Program-made: the position numbers and the translations under genes
From: Vitrella brassicaformis CCMP3155
Taxonomy: Eukaryota > Protista > Chromerida
Reading direction: 5' to 3'
Assembly (NCBI GenBank): GCA_001179505.1
Contig: CDMY01001049.1
Coordinates: 1 to 5,119, forward strand
Length of the DNA: 5,119 bases
Part shown: positions 1 to 5,119 of the stretch, piece by piece
How the letters are laid out: the number at the start of each line of letters is the position of its first letter
How positions within the stretch are numbered: position 1 is the stretch's first letter
The notes under the pieces: generated by a model
Told to the model about the DNA's origin: nothing
What the model saw: the letters and a program-made list of their open reading frames with translations, nothing else
The model's database searches: none

Positions 1-1
1 C

Positions 2-385
2 GCCCAGCTTAAAGTGGTCATCCCGTTGCTCGGCAGTGAGAGTGCGAAGATAATCAAGCCCACGCTGCGGGAAAATTCCTCTCGAGCCAAACCAGTGGGA
101 GACGTGGGGCGGATCAGGTGGTGGACCAGAGGGAGGGGGAGGTCCTCCTCCGTTTGGGGGCGGCCCATTGCCGCCCGAGTCACCATCTCCTGCCCCGCCA
201 TCTCCTGGGTCACCGGGTGACGGGCCGGGCGGCGGCGGGGGTACAAATCCACCCCTACCTCGAGCACCTCGGGCGCCTCGTGGAGCTCCACCTGCTCCTT
301 TACCGCGACCCCTCCCCCGAGCTCGGCGCGTTGGCGGTACAGGCTGCGAAGCACCTCCTTCACCGTCCCCGCCTCGACCTGTCAT
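2..385 (-). CDS. Unidentified Pro/Gly/Arg-rich reading frame, 3'-partial (runs off window start); frame is also open upstream to ~472
   Basis: From ATG 385-383: MTGRGGDGEGGASQPVPPTRRARGRGRGKGAGGAPRGARGARGRGGFVPPPPPGPSPGDPGDGGAGDGDSGGNGPPPNGGGPPPPSGPPPDPPHVSHWFGSRGIFPQRGLDYLRTLTAEQRDDHFKLG. No stop to base 1. Poly-Pro runs vary at the third codon position (CCG CCA CCG CCA CCA CCT CCG), which favours this frame. Other frames are also open in this GC-rich stretch. Confidence 0.45.
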   Translation of the reverse strand, partial: MTGRGGDGEGGASQPVPPTRRARGRGRGKGAGGAPRGARGARGRGGFVPPPPPGPSPGDPGDGGAGDGDSGGNGPPPNGGGPPPPSGPPPDPPHVSHWFGSRGIFPQRGLDYLRTLTAEQRDDHFKLG

Positions 386-469
386 TTCTCGGGTATCCGG
401 GGGCGTGTCTTGGGTGTCTGGAGGCGGAACGACTGTATCTCGGGTGATCGGAGGTGGTGGCGGTGGCGG

Positions 470-975
470 TGCACATACACGTTCATTATGTATAAATACA
501 CACCAAGTCGACACGTGCATGTGCAGGGGTGCGCACACAGACATTCATTATATGCAAACAGACCAAGTCGACACGTGCATGCGCAAGAGCGCGTACACAT
601 ACGTTCGTCATATACAAACACACCAAGTCGACACGTGCATGCACAGGGCTGCGCACACACACCCAAGTCGACATGTGCAGGCGCAGGGATGCTTATACAG
701 ACATTCATTATATACACACAGACCAAGTCGACACGTGCATGCGCAATGGTGCGCACATAGACATTCAGACATTTATTATATACACACACACTGAGTCCAA
801 ACCTGCATGCGCAGGGATGCGCACATACACGTTCATTATATACAAAGACACCATTATATACACACACACACCAAGTCGACACGTGCATGCGCAGGGGTGC
901 GCACACACACACCAAGTCGACACGTGCATGCGCAGGGGTGCGTAGGGGTGCGCACACACCATTCGTCATATACAC
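470..975. repeat. Tandem minisatellite, ~60-bp unit (consensus ~CCAAGTCGACACGTGCATGCGCAGGGGTGCGCACACAGACATTCATTATATACACACACA), about 8.5 copies
   Basis: Core CCAA(GTCGAC) starts at 503, 563, 623, 663, 723, 797 (variant CCAAACCTGCATGC), 871 and 912, giving spacings 60, 60, 40, 60, 74, 74, 41. Confidence 0.97.
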
Positions 976-1000
976 GTCAAGATCTGTGACTTTGACGTGC
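972..1000 (-). other. Stem-loop at the 3' terminus of the PLE
   Basis: Perfect 8-bp inverted repeat CACGTCAA (973-980) / TTGACGTG (992-999) with an 11-nt loop. It can be extended by one G-U pair on the minus-strand RNA. Confidence 0.5.
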
Positions 1001-1145
1001 TTCACACCGCTCACACGTCCATTGAGTATCAAAGTCTGCCAAGAATGAGATCGCAAAAGCCTACTGGCTGAGCATGCAAAGAGTCAAGGCAGCTGACCGC
1101 AGCGGTATTAGTCTCGCGGGATGCGGTGATACACAACAGACACGA

Positions 1146-4100
1146 TCAGAAAAAGGGCGCAAGCTCTACGAGAGAAGATAGAAACGGGAAGAAGCGAAGG
1201 ATACGATATAGCTGACGAGATAGCATCCTGTCTGAATACCCAAACAAGCGCAACTCATGAAAACAGTCACGCAAACGCGCCGGCAGCAAACACTCTTTCT
1301 CTTTCATCGTGTAATCGAGCACACGCAGCAAGTGGCTATAGACGAGATGGGCCTTGCGACCAGCGGACATTGACGACCATGCATGAACATAACGAATGAA
1401 AGGCAATACAGTGTGAGAGGAATAGGGAGTAAGCAAGTGGGCATTAGGGTTGTGTTGTGAGAGAGTGACTTGTGTCGCATCAATGTGCACATCGCAGCCA
1501 ACATACACACCTGACTCATCCTTCTCTAACACACATTTGTCATGATAGAAAGTGGGTACCAGCAACCGATCGACAACTGCACTCAACGCGTGATGCAGGC
1601 GGGCAGGCAGACACGCATGTGGTGGCACGACTAGCAGACGGTCATCCATCCATCGACGTACGAAACAGAACCGAAAAGCCTCACGCTCATCCGACGACAG
1701 ACAATCGATAAAATGTCGCTCACGATGAGCAGCGAATATGTTGGCTAGGCCTGGACTCAACTGACTGCCCTGTGCAAACCCCTCACGCTGAAACAGCAAC
1801 AGACCACTGAGCGATGTGTAGCTATAGGCCAGGTCATGCTTCACAACATCAAGGACATCCTCTAATGTGTAAGTACGACACGAAAAATAATTACAGTTAG
1901 TGCTGAAGAATGGTTTGACACGACTGCTGGTGGTACGGCGCATACAGCCATACAGACCCGGATAGAGACGCGAAGATGAACGGATGCACGGCCAGGCAGG
2001 AGCACGAGGCACATTGACAAAACGATAGCGGGTGTGGGCGACAGTGTAGTCATAGAGCGCACGCAACGCATCAAGTGAGTCATCACGTGGGCAGCTAGGG
2101 TAGAAATTACCAATATCATGGACATGCACGGTAGACGGTGACAGCACACAGCCATTCAGTACAGCGTGGCCATGGATGAAACGATTGTGAGATGCAAGGG
2201 CGTCAAAAAGCGAACCAATGCGCATGCAGGAGAAGTGATCCTCTCTCCAATCGTTCCACATACTCAAAATGCGACCGACATCATTGTACACACGCGCAAA
2301 ACGATGCTTGTAGTATGAGTTAAGTGGTCGCCACTTCATATCATCCCATGAATGCAAACCTACGCGAAACGCCTTCATCTTCGGCCAAAGCACAGCCACG
2401 CCCCATGCATGGGACACACGAGGCTTAGCAATGCGAGGGCCGTCAAGAAAATCAGGCAGACGTGAAAGGTCATTGAGCACCACATCATCATTACATGTGG
2501 ACAGCACATATGATGGACTGGCGAGGTGTATGCGCCAGTTGGCGCGCATGTACATGAGTGGACACATCCAAACCATGTCTCCCTTGCTCTTATCTAGAGG
2601 TGCAGCAACCAAACGACGAAGTGTGGATGCATGACGCAACACATCATGAATACGTACATACTGACCTGTCTGAACTAACCGATCGTACACTGGCTTGAGG
2701 AACGCATGCGCACAGAGGTCCAAGGTAGAAGTGGGTGGCACTGGCTGAGAGATACGACGAAAGATCCGTGTGATGATACGAGTGAACTGACGGGTGATAG
2801 CGGAAAACGAAGGTAGGCAGGTACTGTTTCGATTCCAATGAAGCGGCACGCCAAGCAACTCACGCATGAAGGGCTCGCTAAGACGTGCACACACATGACC
2901 ACCTAGCTTGGGAAACGCATCATATGCAGGCAGACTGCATGGACACGACACCTCATTCATAGGAAGAGATGCCACACGCTTGGCATTGTAGTAGAGCGAT
3001 GTGAGAGATGGACACGTCGACGGGATAAAGGCAGCCTCAACATGATACATGGAAGTGGAGGTGGATAGATCAGTGAGTAGCAGGCGAGTGACCGACAAAA
3101 CAGCCTGACGAAACGGTGCCACATCATTCAACATCAATGGGACATGCACACGCCGAAAGACACGAGGCCTCCAGACACGCATGTGTTGTATTGTACCGAC
3201 AGCCTTACGAAATGCACTCGAAAACCACTCCCAGTCAATCCCCATTAGCGTACGAAACCCACACACATACAGACGTGACTTGTCCGCATCAGAAAGGGCG
3301 CGAACAGATGCACACAAGGCCTGGCTAGGTGCAGGACGCCTGGCTAGCATGGCAGCAGTGGCAATGAGTGTAGACGACGGCACGCGAGCAGCAGATAATG
3401 ATACATGTAATGAATCGCCAGTCAGTGATGAGGGAGAAAAAGAACTGAATGCGGGGCAGGGCACAGCAGACATACACTCATACTTAATACGCAAACGGCG
3501 CACCCGCCGCGGCCTCGGCGGGCCAGCAGAAGGGCGATGCAAAACATGCATAACACGCGAGGAGGGGCGGTGTGTGTGTTGTGTGTTGAGGGATGGTTGG
3601 AATACATGAATTGCCTGCAACTCAATCGCTTTCATTTGATGCACCGACAGCCCCAGTCCCTCAAACGAACAGAGGGGAATGCATGCATACGCAAACACAT
3701 CAGTACGTGCAAGAGTCGAATAGAGCTTGGCCTGAGAGCGCTGCGAGGCTGTCACATACAAAAAGGTATTGCCCACATGCTCAGGCCAGCGACACACAAC
3801 GCCTCTCTGCGTGAAGCCGATGTACGAGTGCTTTGTACATGGCGATAAAACCATGTACAGGCCTTGCTTCGTATCTGATGACGGCGGGGCAAAAAGTGCC
3901 GACAAACGATCACGAAGATCCTTGACTGACCGAAGAAAGTGGGTAGGCGCTGACGAAACTAGAGAAAACATAACAGCAGCAGTCAGAGTATGCAAACGGG
4001 TGTGTAGTGCCTTGAGTGATGAGGGGGTCGGTCGGCGAGCAACACACGGACTCGCAAAATCCCTCACACCGTCCTGGAAGACAGTATGAAAGTGTGACGA

Positions 4101-4556
4101 CATACCTGGCTGTAGTACAAACAGAACATCACAACGACACATACGCCAAGTACAGCGGCACTGTGAGCAGCGTGTCTGTGTACGTAGGTGGTGCAGTAAG
4201 TGGTGAAGGGGCCTGAGGAATCGCAAAAACCGGAACAGCTGACGTGAAGAAGACAAATGACAACCTGCAGCTTCACACCCAGACAATACACGATCCAATG
4301 CATGCAGTGATGGATGTACAGCAACCCCCCGTTCATGCACCGCAAAAGAGATATCCCCGTGTGTGCACCCAATACAGTGTGTGAGATGGTCATGGTCCGC
4401 TGTCGAACAGGAAGTGACGCTGCGCGTGCCAACTGATGGAGATGCTGCATTACTCGTATTGCTGAGGGAGGGGGAGGGAGGCCGGAAGGGGGACGGGGGC
4501 AAGACAGGTCGACGGCGTTGGAGCCATTGTGGTCGCAGTGCCAGCCGTGGTGGCAT
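1146..4556 (-). CDS. PLE polyprotein: GIY-YIG endonuclease + CxC linker + reverse transcriptase (~1136 aa from ATG 4556; ORF track starts at GTG 4568)
   Basis: Uninterrupted frame, TGA stop at 1148-1146, in-frame upstream TGA at 4577-4575. Motifs (numbered from 4568): GLY236-238...YIG249-251, R260, EH263-264, E316, PSLN325-328; CPC542-544...GHV; LDK658-660; WPK/WRPL; motif A HDIGNFYPSC; motif B GFAQGSQLSPGLA; motif C RRWMDD; motif E YVGCDV; thumb RYVHAWSS...K...SHLLRV. Confidence 0.95.
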   Translation of the reverse strand: MPPRLALRPQWLQRRRPVLPPSPFRPPSPSLSNTSNAASPSVGTRSVTSCSTADHDHLTHCIGCTHGDISFAVHERGVAVHPSLHALDRVLSGCEAAGCHLSSSRQLFRFLRFLRPLHHLLHHLRTQTRCSQCRCTWRMCRCDVLFVLQPGMSSHFHTVFQDGVRDFASPCVARRPTPSSLKALHTRLHTLTAAVMFSLVSSAPTHFLRSVKDLRDRLSALFAPPSSDTKQGLYMVLSPCTKHSYIGFTQRGVVCRWPEHVGNTFLYVTASQRSQAKLYSTLARTDVFAYACIPLCSFEGLGLSVHQMKAIELQAIHVFQPSLNTQHTHRPSSRVMHVLHRPSAGPPRPRRVRRLRIKYECMSAVPCPAFSSFSPSSLTGDSLHVSLSAARVPSSTLIATAAMLARRPAPSQALCASVRALSDADKSRLYVCGFRTLMGIDWEWFSSAFRKAVGTIQHMRVWRPRVFRRVHVPLMLNDVAPFRQAVLSVTRLLLTDLSTSTSMYHVEAAFIPSTCPSLTSLYYNAKRVASLPMNEVSCPCSLPAYDAFPKLGGHVCARLSEPFMRELLGVPLHWNRNSTCLPSFSAITRQFTRIITRIFRRISQPVPPTSTLDLCAHAFLKPVYDRLVQTGQYVRIHDVLRHASTLRRLVAAPLDKSKGDMVWMCPLMYMRANWRIHLASPSYVLSTCNDDVVLNDLSRLPDFLDGPRIAKPRVSHAWGVAVLWPKMKAFRVGLHSWDDMKWRPLNSYYKHRFARVYNDVGRILSMWNDWREDHFSCMRIGSLFDALASHNRFIHGHAVLNGCVLSPSTVHVHDIGNFYPSCPRDDSLDALRALYDYTVAHTRYRFVNVPRAPAWPCIRSSSRLYPGLYGCMRRTTSSRVKPFFSTNCNYFSCRTYTLEDVLDVVKHDLAYSYTSLSGLLLFQREGFAQGSQLSPGLANIFAAHRERHFIDCLSSDEREAFRFCFVRRWMDDRLLVVPPHACLPARLHHALSAVVDRLLVPTFYHDKCVLEKDESGVYVGCDVHIDATQVTLSQHNPNAHLLTPYSSHTVLPFIRYVHAWSSMSAGRKAHLVYSHLLRVLDYTMKEKECLLPARLRDCFHELRLFGYSDRMLSRQLYRILRFFPFLSSLVELAPFF
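1239..2603 (-). other. PLE/TERT-like reverse transcriptase domain with thumb (aa ~656-1110)
   Basis: Motif A Asp818 at 2117-2115, motif B Gln933 at 1772-1770, WMDD at 1652-1641, YVG at 1505-1497. About 100 aa separate motifs A and B. Confidence 0.93.
2889..2945 (-). other. CxC linker motif between EN and RT (SCPCSLPAYDAFPKLGGHVC)
   Basis: C542-P-C544 at 2945-2937, followed by GHV (H558 at 2897-2895). This is the short CxC linker described for N-terminal-EN PLEs. Confidence 0.8.
3579..3866 (-). other. GIY-YIG endonuclease domain (aa ~235-330), without CCHH zinc motif
   Basis: GLYMVLSPCTKHSYIGFTQRGVVCRWPEH...KLYSTL...KAIELQAIHVFQPSLN. GLY at 3863-3855, YIG at 3824-3816. The catalytic-type R, E and terminal N are present. 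There is no CxxC before YIG and no downstream HxxxxxH. Confidence 0.9.
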
Positions 4557-4721
4557 GACCACCGTCACTCCGACTCATGATCAGCAGACGGCCTCACATG
4601 GCCACGCAGACAACGGACGAAAAGACGAAGCTCTTACATGCCGACGAAACGGGAGGGGGAAGAAGGGAGCGTAGATAACGAGGAAGGGCTTGTTCAGGGG
4701 GAACGCCAGAAGTGGATATGT

Positions 4722-4755
4722 ACTCCAAGTCAACAGGTGCATGCGCAGGGATGCG
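4722..4755. repeat. Isolated partial copy of the same minisatellite unit
   Basis: CCAAGTCAACAGGTGCATGCGCAGGGATGCG (4725-4755) differs at 2 of 31 positions from CCAAGTCGACACGTGCATGCGCAGGGATGCG. Confidence 0.9.
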
Positions 4756-4846
4756 TTCTCGATCACGGGCTGGCCGCTCAGAGTCTGAGCCTTTATGAGC
4801 TAAAGAAAGCAGGACAGCGCGGGTCCGCAAAGCAGCGAGCGGAACG

Positions 4847-5014
4847 GTGCATTTCCTTGACGCAGTCCTTGTGAGTGTATATCAGTATGTATGCGCTGTG
4901 ATTGCGGAGGCGGCAATTGTCTTCCTCGTTGTGCAGGTAGTCGGTCACCTCCCAGTCGTGGCCACCGAAATTGTCCTGCATCGCACCCATCTCGCTACAG
5001 GGGTACAGGTGTAC
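4847..5014 (-). pseudogene. Fragment or exon resembling the C-terminal end of a ubiquitin-specific protease (peptidase C19, USP7/UBP12-like) catalytic domain
   Basis: Translation VHLYPCSEMGAMQDNFGGHDWEVTDYLHNEEDNCRLRNHSAYILIYTHKDCVKEMH matches the family pattern C-x4-A-x3-N(Y/F)GG...(N/S)AY(M/I)L(V/I)Y. The preceding FDD motif is absent (in-frame stop upstream). A possible acceptor TGTAG lies at 4999-4995. Whether this is a live exon or a captured fragment cannot be decided from this window. Confidence 0.65.
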
Positions 5015-5037
5015 GCTCAGCTTCGCCCGCAATGAAA

Positions 5038-5119
5038 TTTATCATGTATACACACACACTCACTCCAAGTCGACACGTGCATGCACACGTGTGCGCACAA
5101 AGACACTCCTCATATACAC
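5038..5119. repeat. Same minisatellite resumes and runs off the window
   Basis: TTTATCATGTATACACACACACTCACTCCAAGTCGACACGTGCATGCACACGTGTGCGCAC...CATATACAC, with the core at 5065. Same orientation as the left array. Confidence 0.93.

Larger units (their letters stand above)
976..4721 (-). mobile_element. Penelope-like retroelement with N-terminal GIY-YIG endonuclease (Naiad/Chlamys group, Chlamys-like); apparently full-length single copy
   Basis: One long ORF ordered EN-CxC-RT. Non-satellite sequence runs from the end of the minisatellite at ~975 (ATTCGTCATATACAC|GTCAAG) to where the satellite resumes at ~4722 (ACTCCAAGTC). This gives ~170 nt 3' UTR (976-1145) and ~165 nt 5' leader (4557-4721). 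Boundaries are uncertain by about 5 nt because of microhomology. Confidence 0.88.

Noticed and set aside
14-447. Plus-strand ORFs 14-220 and 118-447
   Set aside because: They read as antisense shadows of GC-rich minus-strand sequence. Third-position variation favours the minus-strand Pro/Gly frame.
470-975. CRISPR-like appearance (conserved ~30-bp palindromic core plus ~30-bp intervening sequence)
   Set aside because: The intervening segments are variants of one another (ACATTCATTATATACACA), not unique spacers. There are no cas genes and the context is eukaryotic.
168-1056. Multiple long ORFs over the satellite (168-794, 382-1056, 410-760, 529-945, 486-674, 765-962, 807-989)
   Set aside because: These are repetitive translations of a stop-poor tandem repeat in several frames on both strands, with no domain signal.
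3875-3907. Hammerhead-like CTGATGA-CGGC...GCCG-ACAAAC
   Set aside because: It lacks the required GAAA after stem II, is antisense, and lies inside the ORF. N-terminal-EN PLEs are reported to lack canonical hammerheads.
1304-4674. Short ORFs overlapping the PLE ORF on either strand
   Set aside because: They are alternative-frame or antisense shadows of the 1140-aa ORF with no recognisable motifs.
966-4724. Target-site duplication (CATATACAC at left versus GATATGTAC at right)
   Set aside because: The similarity is only partial and is explained by low-complexity AT/AC sequence.
4575-4766. In-frame TGA codons (4583-4581, 4577-4575; C-*-S-*) linking a 61-aa upstream ORF to the main ORF, suggesting selenocysteine read-through as in some Naiads
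   Set aside because: There is no TGA inside conserved domains, the upstream ORF runs through satellite-derived sequence, and I recognise no SECIS element.
4594-4801. Spliced continuation of the USP-like frame (…PHKGSDSERPARDRERIPAHAPVDLEY…LPRYLRSLL)
   Set aside because: The donor GTTCCG is weak, the frame passes through the satellite remnant at 4722-4755, and the resemblance to USP7 linker sequence is too slight to support.

Overview
Eukaryotic-type repeat/mobile DNA. The main feature is an apparently intact Penelope-like retroelement (PLE) on the minus strand (~976-4721). It has a single ORF of ~1136 aa (1146-4556) with permuted domain order: N-terminal Cys/His-rich region, GIY-YIG endonuclease lacking the CCHH motif, CxC linker, then a C-terminal RT with a long motif A-B insert and an unusual WMDD catalytic motif. 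This matches the Naiad/Chlamys architecture, most like Chlamys. The element splits one unit of a palindrome-rich ~60-bp minisatellite at its (AC)n tract (array at 470-975, remnant at 4722-4755, array resumes at 5038 and runs off the window). A second ~280-bp insert in the same array (4756-5037) encodes a peptide resembling the C-terminal end of a USP7/UBP12-type deubiquitinase catalytic domain. Left of the array, an unidentified Pro/Gly/Arg-rich minus-strand reading frame runs off the window and is missing from the ORF track. All family assignments are from motif recognition by eye, not database searches.
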